DNA of 64,000 bases. Origin: Thermoanaerobaculia bacterium. Its GTDB lineage: Bacteria; Acidobacteriota; Thermoanaerobaculia; UBA5066. The stretch is from contig JBBRRY010000001.1 in NCBI GenBank assembly GCA_038245905.1, forward strand, positions 1-64,000, in the 5' to 3' direction. Under the pieces are notes generated by a model that had not been told where the DNA came from, searched no databases, and saw only the letters and a program-made list of their open reading frames with translations. Both the position numbers and the translations under genes were made by a program. This document shows, in pieces, positions 10,259 to 19,167 of the stretch (the stretch's first letter is position 1; each line of letters begins with the position of its first letter).

Positions 10259-10621
10259 TCAATCCCAGTCGAACGCGCCCTTCTTCCACAGGTAGGCGAA
10301 CCCGAGGAAGAGGACGGAAACGAAGATGAGCATTTCGCCGAAGACGGGCCACCCGCCCTGCCGGAACACGACGGCCCAGGGGTAGAGGAACGCCGCTTCG
10401 ACGTCGAACAGGATGAAGATCATCGCGACGATGAAGAACTTCACGCTGATGCGCTTGTGGCTGTCGTCGAGGAGCGGCATGCCGCTCTCGAAGGGCGAAA
10501 GCTTGCGTTTCGTGCGGATCTTGCGGCCGAGGAGCGCGTTCAAACTCAGCAGAACGACGCCGACGACGAGAGCGCCCATGAGCATGAGCAGGATCGGCAG
10601 GAAGGCGAGGGGAGAACCCAT
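10259..10621 (-). CDS. nuoA: NADH-quinone oxidoreductase subunit A
   Basis: KLSPFESG, FILFDVEAAFLYPWA, WKKGAFDW motifs. Confidence 0.96.
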   Translation of the reverse strand: MGSPLAFLPILLMLMGALVVGVVLLSLNALLGRKIRTKRKLSPFESGMPLLDDSHKRISVKFFIVAMIFILFDVEAAFLYPWAVVFRQGGWPVFGEMLIFVSVLFLGFAYLWKKGAFDWD

Positions 10622-10628
10622 GCGGCGC

Positions 10629-10646
10629 TCGTGATACTTTTCACAA
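10629..10646. promoter_or_regulatory. Rex-type operator upstream of nuoA
   Basis: TCGTGAT-ACTT-TTCACAA versus Rex consensus TTGTGAA-N4-TTCACAA (2 mismatches); 7 nt from the nuoA ATG; minus-strand TTGACG -35 candidate at 10659-10664. Confidence 0.7.
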
Positions 10647-10676
10647 AGTAGGCTCGTTCGTCAACCCCTCATTCGC

Positions 10677-11393
10677 ATGTCAGGCGACCACCCTTCATCC
10701 CCGCCCGAGGGCGCTGACCCCTTCTTTCCGGCAGCCCTCGTTCCCGCCTACCGTTGCTCGGGCACGGTCGGTGGGGTCGTTCGGGGCCTTCGCGCGCTCG
10801 TCGGGGAGATCCTCGTCGTGGACGACGGCAGCCGCGACGCCACCGCCGACGAGGCCCGGGCCGCGGGCGCGCGGGTCCTGGAACGCCCCCAAAACGGAGG
10901 GAAGGGCCGCGCGCTCAGGGACGGCCTCGCCGACCTCCTCGCGCGCCGATTCACGCATGTGGCCTTCGTGGACGCGGACGGCCAGCACGACCCCGGCGAC
11001 CTTTCGGCCCTCCTCTCGGCCGCGCGGTGGGGGGCGGACTTCGTGATCGGGTCGCGGTTGAAGGACGCCGCCACGATGCCGGCGAAAAACTACTGGGCGA
11101 ACACGATCGGCGACAGGGTCCTGTCGCGCATGACCGGCCTGCCCGTAGAGGACGGCCAGTCCGGCTACCGGGTGATCGCGGCGGACCTTCTCCGACCTCT
11201 GCGCCTTCGCGCGGACGGGTATTCGATCGAGAACGAGATCCTCATCAAGGCGGCTCCCCGCGTCCGCCGCTTCGCGGCGGTGCCCGTGCAGACGATCTAC
11301 GGCGCGCGGTCGCACTACCGTCCGTTCCGCGACACCTGGGTCACGTCGTGGCTGTCCGTCTACTACAAGACGCTCGATTCCGACGCGAGCTGA
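10677..11393 (+). CDS. Glycosyltransferase family 2 (DPM-synthase-like)
   Basis: LVPAY, LVVDDGSRD, NGGKG, FVDADGQHDP, DGQSGYR motifs. Confidence 0.9.
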   Translation: MSGDHPSSPPEGADPFFPAALVPAYRCSGTVGGVVRGLRALVGEILVVDDGSRDATADEARAAGARVLERPQNGGKGRALRDGLADLLARRFTHVAFVDADGQHDPGDLSALLSAARWGADFVIGSRLKDAATMPAKNYWANTIGDRVLSRMTGLPVEDGQSGYRVIAADLLRPLRLRADGYSIENEILIKAAPRVRRFAAVPVQTIYGARSHYRPFRDTWVTSWLSVYYKTLDSDAS

Positions 11394-11396
11394 ATG

Positions 11397-12380
11397 TCAT
11401 CGGGGACTGACCCCGGTCGGACCCACCGCATAGAGAAAGAGGCTCCACTTGATTCCGCTGCGCCCCGCGAGGATCGACTCGATGGAAAGCGTCGCGCTGG
11501 AGGCTCCCTCCACGAATCCCGTCGGCGGCTTCGTGAACGCGAGCTCGCTCTGCACCATGACGTCCTCCGTCGCGAAACCGTAGTCGTAGAGGCCCCATCC
11601 GTTGGCGAGATGCACGCGAACGGTGTCCGTCCAGAGCAGGGACGTCAGAAGGAAGTCCCCGGCGAGCACCTGGTGAGAGGCGCCGGCCGTTCCCGGCACC
11701 GTTCCCTCGGGGATCGAAATGGGCCGGCAATCGCCCGGCCTTTTCGCGCAGCTGACGGACACGTCGTCCGGCTGCAGCCAATAGAGCGACCGCGAGGCGC
11801 GGAAACCCAGCGGCACGTCGTTTCCGATCGTGAGGTCGTTCCTGAGAACGGTGATTCTCGCCGGCTGGTCGGAAACTCCGCTCGTCGCTGGCACCCGCGC
11901 AACCAGGACGCGATCGCGCCAAGGCGGGATGATCTCGAGCTCGAGGAAGCCGTTCGGAAACTGGCCGAGCAGGCGGACGTGCGGCCGGGCGACGCCGAAA
12001 CCGCAGCCGTTGAGGACGATCTCCTCTCCAGGAGAAACGGGAGAGTCCGAGAGGACCGCCTGGATCGTCGGTTTCGGACAACTCGGAAGGTCCACCGTGG
12101 CCGGCAAGCCGGTCAGGCGCGCCCGCACGGTGATGTTGCTCGCGTCAATGCGGGTCTTTTCGTTCCGTTCCAGCTTCGCGCGGACGGCCGCGAGGCCGGC
12201 GATCGCGCCGATCCGGACGTTCTTGTACCGGGCCGCCTCACTCAGGAGGGACGGGGGAATCTGAAGCGCCGCCGGCTTGAGGGTCGGGGCCGGCGTCCGG
12301 GTCGGCGCGCTCGCGGTGGGTCTGTTTTCTGCGGCCCCAGCCGACAGGGCGAAGAGAAGGATCCCGGCGTAGCGTTTCAC
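11397..12380 (-). CDS. Secreted hypothetical protein with IPT/TIG-like Ig domain
   Basis: GTG at 12380 after GGAGG; signal peptide (VKRYAGILLFALSAGA); P/T-rich linker; PTIQAV..SPGEEIVLNGCGFG..WRDRVLVARVP resembles IPT/TIG. Confidence 0.65.
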   Translation of the reverse strand: MKRYAGILLFALSAGAAENRPTASAPTRTPAPTLKPAALQIPPSLLSEAARYKNVRIGAIAGLAAVRAKLERNEKTRIDASNITVRARLTGLPATVDLPSCPKPTIQAVLSDSPVSPGEEIVLNGCGFGVARPHVRLLGQFPNGFLELEIIPPWRDRVLVARVPATSGVSDQPARITVLRNDLTIGNDVPLGFRASRSLYWLQPDDVSVSCAKRPGDCRPISIPEGTVPGTAGASHQVLAGDFLLTSLLWTDTVRVHLANGWGLYDYGFATEDVMVQSELAFTKPPTGFVEGASSATLSIESILAGRSGIKWSLFLYAVGPTGVSPR

Positions 12381-12515
12381 AGCGTTCCTCCCGTCCGAAG
12401 ACGGCTCTCCGGCAAAGGGGGAGACGGAAGACGTCGCGTAGCGACATAGATCGCGGCCGCAAGTCGGTCCGGCGGCCGGTCTTTTGGGAAATCGGGCGCG
12501 CGTCATAATCGACGG

Positions 12516-13355
12516 GTGACCGCCCCCATCCTGACCGTCGACGTGGAGGACTGGTTCCACGTGTGCGGGCATCCGCTCTATTCGGACCCCGCCACGTGGG
12601 CCGGCCGGGAAAAGCGCGTGCACGCTGGTGTCGAACGCATCCTCGCCCTCCTCGACGGCTCGGGCTCGAGGGCGACGTTCTTCGTCCTCGGCTGGATTGC
12701 GCGGCAGAGCCCGTCGCTCGTGCGGCGGATCGCCGACGCGGGCCACGAGATTGGCTGCCACGGCGACGTCCACCGCAGGGTTTTCGAGATGACGCTCCTG
12801 GAATTCCGCGAGGACGTCCGGAAGTGCCGCGAGACCCTGCAGGACGCGACGGGCCGTCCAGCGACCGCGTTCCGCGCGCCGGAGTGGTCGATGCTCCGCG
12901 CCGGCAACCCTGCGTTCGCAATCCTCGTGGAGGAAGGCTTCACGCTCGACTCCTCCCTCACGACGGCGCCACCCGTGGGAGAGATATCGAATCCCACCCG
13001 CCCCGTGATGCTCGAGACCGGCTCCGGCCCGATCCTGGAGGTCCCGCCGCTCATGGGCACGTTCTTCGGCTTCCGCGCGATGTGGGGCGGCGGCGTCTGT
13101 GCGCGCCTCACGCGCGAGAGCCGCGTCGAGGTCGCGATCGACCGGTCTCTCGCCGCCGGCGTTCCGCCGGTTCTGTATGCCCACCCATGGGAGTTCGACG
13201 ACGCGCATCCCGCCATGCCGGGCCTCTCGACCGTTCAGCGCCTCGTCCATTTCGCGGGGCGCACGCGGACGGAGGCGCGGTGGGCGCGGTTCCTGAAGCG
13301 CTGGACATTCGCGCCGATTTCGTCCGCAAGAGAGAAAGAGAGAGTTGCCGCTTGA
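12516..13355 (+). CDS. Polysaccharide deacetylase family protein (CE4, DUF3473-type)
   Basis: TVDVEDWFH, ATFFVLGW, HEIGCHG..H, FRAP, YAHPWEFD motifs. Confidence 0.9.
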   Translation: MTAPILTVDVEDWFHVCGHPLYSDPATWAGREKRVHAGVERILALLDGSGSRATFFVLGWIARQSPSLVRRIADAGHEIGCHGDVHRRVFEMTLLEFREDVRKCRETLQDATGRPATAFRAPEWSMLRAGNPAFAILVEEGFTLDSSLTTAPPVGEISNPTRPVMLETGSGPILEVPPLMGTFFGFRAMWGGGVCARLTRESRVEVAIDRSLAAGVPPVLYAHPWEFDDAHPAMPGLSTVQRLVHFAGRTRTEARWARFLKRWTFAPISSAREKERVAA

Positions 13356-14419
13356 AGGCCTCCCTCGTCGTCCGTGAGCCGTCGTCGTCCGCCTTCGCCG
13401 CGCTTTTTCCGGGTCAGCTGTCCGAGAAGCCAGGGATGGGCGAGGCCCTCGCCCGGCGGTACGAGTTCGCCTCTTCGCTCTTCGAAGAAATCTCCAAGAG
13501 GTCCGGAGTCCGGCTCGGCGACACGTTCTTTGGAGAGGGAACGAAGGACCTCCACGCCGACCTGCCCGCCCAGGTCGGCGTCTTTGCGGTCTCCCTCGCG
13601 GCGCTCGAGACCCTGCGCCGCATCCATCGGCTCGAACCCGCGGCTGCCGTCGGCTACAGCCTCGGCACGTATGCCGCGTTCGTCGCGGCCGGCTCGCTGG
13701 AAACTTGGGCCGCGCTCGACGTCGTCCTCGAGGCCGAGCGGCTCATGTCCGAAGCCGCGCGGCGAGGAGAGCTGGAAGGCGGGATGGCATACGTGATCGG
13801 CCTCGCGCGGCCCGCGGTGGAGGCGACGCTCCTCGCGCTGACACCGGATCGCGCGCGCCTCGCGGTCGCGACGGAGAATGCGGCCGCGCAGTTCGTCTTC
13901 TCGGGCGAGCGCGCGCTCGTCGCCGCGGCGGTCGATGCGTTCCGGCCGATTGCGCTGAAGACAGATTTGCTTTCGATCAGGATCCCGATGCACTCGAGCA
14001 GGCTGAGTGCGATTTGTGATCGCCTGCAAAGTTTCTTAGAGGGTGGTGTGAGGGTGAAGCAGCCGGTGTCGGCTCTCTTTGCCCCCATGCTTGGCCGCAG
14101 GGTCCGGAGCGAGGAGGACGCTCTTCATGTCCTTTCTAAGCAAATCTCTCTTCCCTCTCTCTTCGGACCTACCCTCAAGGTGATGCGTGACTCCGAGCTT
14201 CGGCGGTTCGTCGAGATCGGCCCAGGCAACGTGCTCACGAAGCTCGTCCGCTGGACGGTCCGCGACGCGAAGGTGCCCCCCGGGGCGTTAGAGGATCCGG
14301 ACTCGATCGACGCGTTTGCGAGAGAACTGGCTCCGCCTCCCCTCTTCCCCTTCAAAGAGAATCCGAAGCGGCCCTCTGCAACGGCGTCCCAGGATGCGAT
14401 CGGGTCCGAAAACAAATGA
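13352..14419 (+). CDS. FabD-like acyl-CoA:ACP acyltransferase (atypical active site)
   Basis: LFPGQ, GYSLG nucleophile motif, PMHS, FVEIGPG; TTG start overlapping the upstream stop. Confidence 0.85.
   Translation: MKASLVVREPSSSAFAALFPGQLSEKPGMGEALARRYEFASSLFEEISKRSGVRLGDTFFGEGTKDLHADLPAQVGVFAVSLAALETLRRIHRLEPAAAVGYSLGTYAAFVAAGSLETWAALDVVLEAERLMSEAARRGELEGGMAYVIGLARPAVEATLLALTPDRARLAVATENAAAQFVFSGERALVAAAVDAFRPIALKTDLLSIRIPMHSSRLSAICDRLQSFLEGGVRVKQPVSALFAPMLGRRVRSEEDALHVLSKQISLPSLFGPTLKVMRDSELRRFVEIGPGNVLTKLVRWTVRDAKVPPGALEDPDSIDAFARELAPPPLFPFKENPKRPSATASQDAIGSENK
13478..14365. repeat. Cluster of AT-rich intragenic motif copies in the FabD-like gene
   Basis: CTCTTCGAAGAAATCTCC (13478 +), GATCGAAAGCAAATCTGT (~13961-13978 -), CACCCTCTAAGAAACTTTG (14027-14045 -), CCTTTCTAAGCAAATCTCTC (14131 +), CCCCTTCAAAGAGAATCCG (14347 +). 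Confidence 0.6.
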
Positions 14420-15189
14420 ATTCTCCGAATTCTCCGGATTCTTCCGCACCGCTTCGTCAGCGCGTCGCGCTCGTCAGCGGCGCGTCGCGTGGCATCGGCC
14501 GCGCCATCGGCGAGCGCCTCGCGGCCGACGGCTACTACGCCGTCCTCACGTATCGCGCGGACGCGCCGGGGGCGGAAGCCGCCGTCCTTGCGATCCGGGC
14601 AGCCGGAGGGAGCGCCGAGGCCGCGAAAGCGGACGTGACTTCCGCGGCCGACATCGCAGCGCTCGCCGACCGTCTCGACAGGGAGCGAGGGGGCGTGGAC
14701 GTGCTCGTGAACAACGCCGCTGTCCTGAAGAACGGCCTCTTCGCGCTCATGCCCGAGGCAAGCTGGAATCTCGTGCTCGACACCGCGCTCGGCGGCACGT
14801 ACCGCATGACGAAGGCCGTGATGCGCGGGATGCTGCGGCGCCGCTGGGGCCGCATCGTGAACATCTCGTCGCTCGCGGCGTTCTCGGGGAGCGCCGGGCA
14901 GACGAATTACTCCGCCGCGAAAGGCGCTCTCGTCGCCTTCACGAAGTCGCTCGCGGCCGAGGTCGGAGCCTTCGGCGTGACCGTCAACGCGGTCGCCCCC
15001 GGGTTCGTCGAAACCGAGATGATTTCGTTCCTCACGAAGGAAGTTCGAGAGGACTTTCTGAAGCGGGTCCCGGTGCAGCGCTTCGGCCGGCCGGAGGACA
15101 TCGCCCCGTTCGTCTCGTTTCTGTGCACGGACGGCGCGGCGTACCTCACGGGCCAGACGGTACGCATCGACGGCGGCTTCGTCGGCTGA
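14416..15189 (+). CDS. fabG: 3-oxoacyl-ACP reductase (SDR)
   Basis: SGASRGIG, NNAA, YSAAK, NAVAPGFVET, TGQTVRIDGG motifs. Confidence 0.9.
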   Translation: MNSPNSPDSSAPLRQRVALVSGASRGIGRAIGERLAADGYYAVLTYRADAPGAEAAVLAIRAAGGSAEAAKADVTSAADIAALADRLDRERGGVDVLVNNAAVLKNGLFALMPEASWNLVLDTALGGTYRMTKAVMRGMLRRRWGRIVNISSLAAFSGSAGQTNYSAAKGALVAFTKSLAAEVGAFGVTVNAVAPGFVETEMISFLTKEVREDFLKRVPVQRFGRPEDIAPFVSFLCTDGAAYLTGQTVRIDGGFVG

Positions 15190-15253
15190 GAGGCCGGCAG
15201 GACGCGGCGCTCGTATACTCCGCGGTTCCGGCCAGACCCGGGGGGAGTAGTTC

Positions 15254-15517
15254 TTGTCAGAAGACCTGAAGAAGAGAGTCAAGGAGCTGATCGTTCGGCA
15301 GCTCAAGCTCGAAATGGATCCCGCGACGATCGCGGACGACGCGCCGCTTTTCGGCGACGCGGACGGCGGTCTCGGCCTCGACTCGATCGACGCTCTCGAG
15401 CTCGTGCTCGGGGTGGAGAAGGAGTTCGGCATCAAGGTGCAGGACGAAGAGGTGGGCGTGACGGCCTTCGCCTCCGTGAACGCGCTGTGTGAGTTCGTGC
15501 GCCAGAAGGCGGCCTGA
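15254..15517 (+). CDS. Acyl carrier protein (aryl-polyene/flexirubin-like subtype)
   Basis: LFG...GLGLDSIDALEL phosphopantetheine motif; acidic, 87 aa; TTG start after GGGGAG. Confidence 0.9.
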   Translation: MSEDLKKRVKELIVRQLKLEMDPATIADDAPLFGDADGGLGLDSIDALELVLGVEKEFGIKVQDEEVGVTAFASVNALCEFVRQKAA

Positions 15518-15522
15518 AGAAG

Positions 15523-15921
15523 GTGGACTTCCAGCCCCTGCCACATGCCTTCCCGTTCCGTTTCGCCGACGGCGTCGTCCTCAGGAGCGGCCCGGCCGAG
15601 GGCCGTGTGCGGGCCTGCGTGACGGCGAACGCGGAAGCCGTGCGCCCCACGGGGTTTCCGGCGGCCGTGCTCGCCGAGCTCGTGGCGCAGTCGGCCCTGC
15701 TCCTTCAGGGGGGCGACGCGGCGCTCGGGAGGACGGGCTTTCTCGCGGGCATTTCCGATTTCTCGGTCCAGCGGCTGCCCGTCGCCGGAGACGTTCTCAC
15801 GATCGACGTCGCGATCGCCGGCCGCCTCGGCGGCATGGTGAAGCTCGAGGGCATCATCCGCGATGCCGAGGGCGGAGCGGTCGCGCGCGGCTCGGTGACA
15901 GTCAAGCAGGGAAGCGCCTGA
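15523..15921 (+). CDS. Hotdog-fold 3-hydroxyacyl-ACP dehydratase-like protein
   Basis: LPHAFPFRFAD and ELVAQ resemble FabZ LPHRYPFLLVD and EAMAQ; directly after the ACP. Confidence 0.8.
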   Translation: MDFQPLPHAFPFRFADGVVLRSGPAEGRVRACVTANAEAVRPTGFPAAVLAELVAQSALLLQGGDAALGRTGFLAGISDFSVQRLPVAGDVLTIDVAIAGRLGGMVKLEGIIRDAEGGAVARGSVTVKQGSA

Positions 15922-16658
15922 TGGACAGCTCCGGCACGTTCCCGCGCGGCTCGGGTACCTTCGCGAAGAAGAAAGTCGCGCTCGCCGGTGCTCCGGCGGG
16001 GCTCCTGCGCGGGGCCGCGGGGGCGCTCGAGACAGCAGGCTATTCGATCGTTTCCGCCGAGCGGCTGGACGACCTCCTCGGCATACCGGCCGAAAGGGTC
16101 CCGGACCTCGTGATCCTGGACAGCGGGTTTCTCCCGGACGGAGGCGTCGCTGCCTGCCGCAAGCTGCGCGAGCAGGCCTGCTGGCGCACGGTCTCGATGA
16201 TGCTGGTCGTAGCGGCGGGGGAGCCGCACCTGGAAGAAGCCCTCGTGCCGGGCGTGAACGATTTCATGCTCGCCCCTTTCCCGGCCGCCGAGCTCCTCGA
16301 CAAGACGAAGCGGCTCACGCTCATCCCGGCGCGCCGGGAGCTGAACACGCTGGCGCGCGTGCGCGACAGCCGCCCGGATGGGGCGCTTCTCCTCGGCAAG
16401 ACGCTCAACGTTTCGGAGAACGGTCTCCTCGTGGAGATCGAGAATGGCATCGCGATCGGGCGCGTCCTCGAGATCGAGTTCTTCCTGCCCGAAGATCCTC
16501 AGCCCCTGAACGCGAAGGGCCGTGTCATGCGCCGGACGATCGAGCTCGATCACTTCCACCCCGCCTTCGGCATCCGTTTCACGGAGATCTCCGAGAAGGA
16601 CCAGGCGCGGATCGACACATTCGTCGCCGAGCGCGAGCGCGCGGGCTTCAGGCGTTAA
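15921..16658 (+). CDS. Receiver-like domain plus C-terminal PilZ domain protein
   Basis: PDLVILD and NDFMLAP receiver remnants; NVSENG and FGIRF PilZ motifs; RxxxR appears degenerate. Confidence 0.8.
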   Translation: MDSSGTFPRGSGTFAKKKVALAGAPAGLLRGAAGALETAGYSIVSAERLDDLLGIPAERVPDLVILDSGFLPDGGVAACRKLREQACWRTVSMMLVVAAGEPHLEEALVPGVNDFMLAPFPAAELLDKTKRLTLIPARRELNTLARVRDSRPDGALLLGKTLNVSENGLLVEIENGIAIGRVLEIEFFLPEDPQPLNAKGRVMRRTIELDHFHPAFGIRFTEISEKDQARIDTFVAERERAGFRR

Positions 16659-16680
16659 GGGCGCTGACTGTGTTCCTGAT

Positions 16681-16709
16681 TTGACGAGGCCCGGCACGGG
16701 CCTTATCCT
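16681..16709 (+). promoter_or_regulatory. Sigma70-type promoter of tRNA-Leu/rnr
   Basis: TTGACG-17 nt-TATCCT, ending 10 nt before the tRNA; the spacer is the inverted repeat AGGCCC-N5-GGGCCT. Confidence 0.7.
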
Positions 16710-16719
16710 GCCGATCCGC

Positions 16720-16808
<89 letters not shown>

Positions 16809-16826
16809 GACACCCCAAGGCTCCCC

Positions 16827-19151
16827 ATGAATTCCAATCGACTCCGTGACGCGATTCTCGAGGCGCTGAAGCCTCGGGGCTCACGCGTCCTCTCGTTCTC
16901 CGAGCTCGCCGATCGCGTCTTGCGGGCGGATCTCGATCCCGCACGCGAGGATGCCCTGCGCGCGGCCGTGGCCGAGCTGGAGCGCCGGGGCGAGATCGTG
17001 CGCATCAAGGGCGAGAAGCTCTCGCGCATCGAAAATACCGACTACGAAGCGGGCACGCTCGCGATTCGCGGTGAGGGCCGGGCGTACCTCCTTTCCCGCG
17101 TACCGGGCGCTGCCGACACGGTCGTGACGGGGCTCTCGAGCGCCCTCGACGGCGACGTCGTTCTCGTTCGGCTGGCCGCGCCGCGTGCAGCGGCGAAGGA
17201 AGCGCGGGGGCCGCGTACCCGGGAGGGCCGGCCGGCTCGCACGGAGCCACGCGCGACGGGCGTCGTCGTGAAGGTCCTCGAAAGGCGCCGCGAGACGATC
17301 GTCGGGAAGATCGTACGCGGCCCGGAGGGCGTGTTCATCGTCCCGTTCGACCGGAAGATCGACGCACGGCTCGCCGTTCCGGACGGCAAGGACATGTCGG
17401 CCCCGACGGGCATCTTCGTGGAGGCCCGCATCACGGCATATCCCGACGACCGTCGGCTCGCTCTGGCTGAGGTTTTGGGGCTGATCGGCTACGAAGGCGA
17501 CCCCGGCGTCGACGTCGAGGTCGTGGCCCGCAAGTGGGGAATTCCCCGGGTCTATCCCGAGGCCGTGATCGCCGAGGCCGAGGCCGCGAACGGGACTGTC
17601 GGGATCGACGAACGAAAGCTCCGGTCGGACTTCACTGGGCGGACGATCGTCACGATCGACGGCGAGACCGCGCGCGACTTCGACGACGCCATCGAGGCCG
17701 AGGAGCTTCCGGGCGGCGGATTCCGCATCGGCATCCACATTGCGGACGTCTCCCATTACGTCTCCATCGGCAGCGCTCTCGACGCCGAGGCGTTCGAGCG
17801 TGGCACCTCGGTCTATTTCCCCGACCGCGCGATCGCGATGCTCCCGGAGCACCTCTCGAACGACCTCTGCTCGCTGCGTCCGGACGAGGAGCGGCGAACG
17901 CTGTCGGCGGTGCTCACGCTGGACGGGAACGGCGAGACGGTGAAGAGCGACTTCTATCGCTCGCTCATCAAGAGCCGGGCGCGATTGACCTATACGGAAG
18001 TCGGGGATTTCTTAGATAGTGAAGGAGGGAGGGGCAACTCTTCCATCTCCTCCGAAGTCGGTTCGATGCTGCCCGTCGCGCGGCGCGCCGCGCAGGCGCT
18101 GCAGGCGCGGCGCGTGCGCCGGGGGTCCCTGGACTTCGACCTGCCGGACTCGGACGTGCTTCTCGGCGAGACCGGAGATGTCGTGGCGATCGTGCGCGCC
18201 GTGCGCAATTCGGCGCACCGGCTCATCGAAGAATTCATGCTGGCCGCGAACGAGGCGGTCGCGAAGCAACTCGAGCTCATCCCGACGCCGGCGCTCTACC
18301 GCGTGCACGACCGGCCGGACGAGAGCCGGCTCGCGGACATCCGGGTCGTCCTGGGTCCGCTCGGCTACGACCTTCCCGAGGACGATGAAGAGATCTCGCC
18401 GGCGACGTTTCAGGCGATCCTCGACAAGGCTCAGGGAAAGCCCGAAGAGCGCCTCGTCTCGGACCTTGTCCTCAGGGCCCAGAAGAAGGCCATCTACTCC
18501 GAGGAGTGCCGTGGGCACTACGCGCTCGCCGCGAAGCACTACTGCCATTTCACGTCTCCGATCAGGCGTTATCCGGACCTCCTCGTCCACCGCGCGCTCG
18601 TGGAATGGCTCGCCATACGCCGGCCGCCCGCGGCCGAGGACGCGGACGGCCGCACGCGCTGGTTCCACGAGGCGGCAGCGCACTGCTCGTCGCGCGAAAG
18701 GCGCGCCGAGTCGGCCGAGCGCGAGGCGGTTTCCTGGAAGAAATTCGTATTTCTGTCGTCACGCGTCGGCGAGGAGTTCTGGGCGTACGTCTCGGCCGTC
18801 GTGGGCTTCGGGCTCTTCGTGACGCTCGAGGACATCTACGTCGACGGCCTCGTCCCGATCTCGTCCCTCGGAGACGACTTCTACCGTTACGAAGAAGTCG
18901 AGCATCGCCTCGTCGGGTCCTCGACGGGACGCGTCTTCCGCCTCGGCGACCGCCTGCGCGTGAAGCTCGTGAAGGCCGACCCCGAGAAGCGCGGTCTCGA
19001 CTTCGCGCCGCTGGGCGAGAGCGGAGGCGGAGGCGGCGGAGCCCGGCGCCCATCGCGCGCCACAGACCCCCCGAAGGCGCAGAAGGGGCGCCGCCGCGGA
19101 CCGACCCGGCCGTCTCCCGCCCCTCCACGCGGACGCAAGCGGCAGCGCTGA
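16827..19151 (+). CDS. rnr: Ribonuclease R
   Basis: TIDGETARDFDDAI, HIADVSHYV, HFTSPIRRYPDL, C-terminal S1 domain and basic tail. Confidence 0.96.
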   Translation: MNSNRLRDAILEALKPRGSRVLSFSELADRVLRADLDPAREDALRAAVAELERRGEIVRIKGEKLSRIENTDYEAGTLAIRGEGRAYLLSRVPGAADTVVTGLSSALDGDVVLVRLAAPRAAAKEARGPRTREGRPARTEPRATGVVVKVLERRRETIVGKIVRGPEGVFIVPFDRKIDARLAVPDGKDMSAPTGIFVEARITAYPDDRRLALAEVLGLIGYEGDPGVDVEVVARKWGIPRVYPEAVIAEAEAANGTVGIDERKLRSDFTGRTIVTIDGETARDFDDAIEAEELPGGGFRIGIHIADVSHYVSIGSALDAEAFERGTSVYFPDRAIAMLPEHLSNDLCSLRPDEERRTLSAVLTLDGNGETVKSDFYRSLIKSRARLTYTEVGDFLDSEGGRGNSSISSEVGSMLPVARRAAQALQARRVRRGSLDFDLPDSDVLLGETGDVVAIVRAVRNSAHRLIEEFMLAANEAVAKQLELIPTPALYRVHDRPDESRLADIRVVLGPLGYDLPEDDEEISPATFQAILDKAQGKPEERLVSDLVLRAQKKAIYSEECRGHYALAAKHYCHFTSPIRRYPDLLVHRALVEWLAIRRPPAAEDADGRTRWFHEAAAHCSSRERRAESAEREAVSWKKFVFLSSRVGEEFWAYVSAVVGFGLFVTLEDIYVDGLVPISSLGDDFYRYEEVEHRLVGSSTGRVFRLGDRLRVKLVKADPEKRGLDFAPLGESGGGGGGARRPSRATDPPKAQKGRRRGPTRPSPAPPRGRKRQR

Positions 19152-19167
19152 CCCGCGGAAACGCACT

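Noticed and set aside
11397-13250. 617-aa minus ORF as listed
   Set aside because: The N-terminal half is antisense to the deacetylase; real start is GTG 12380 with GGAGG.
12516-13355. PEP-CTERM/exosortase locus implied by the deacetylase subtype
   Set aside because: No exosortase or PEP-CTERM protein in the window.
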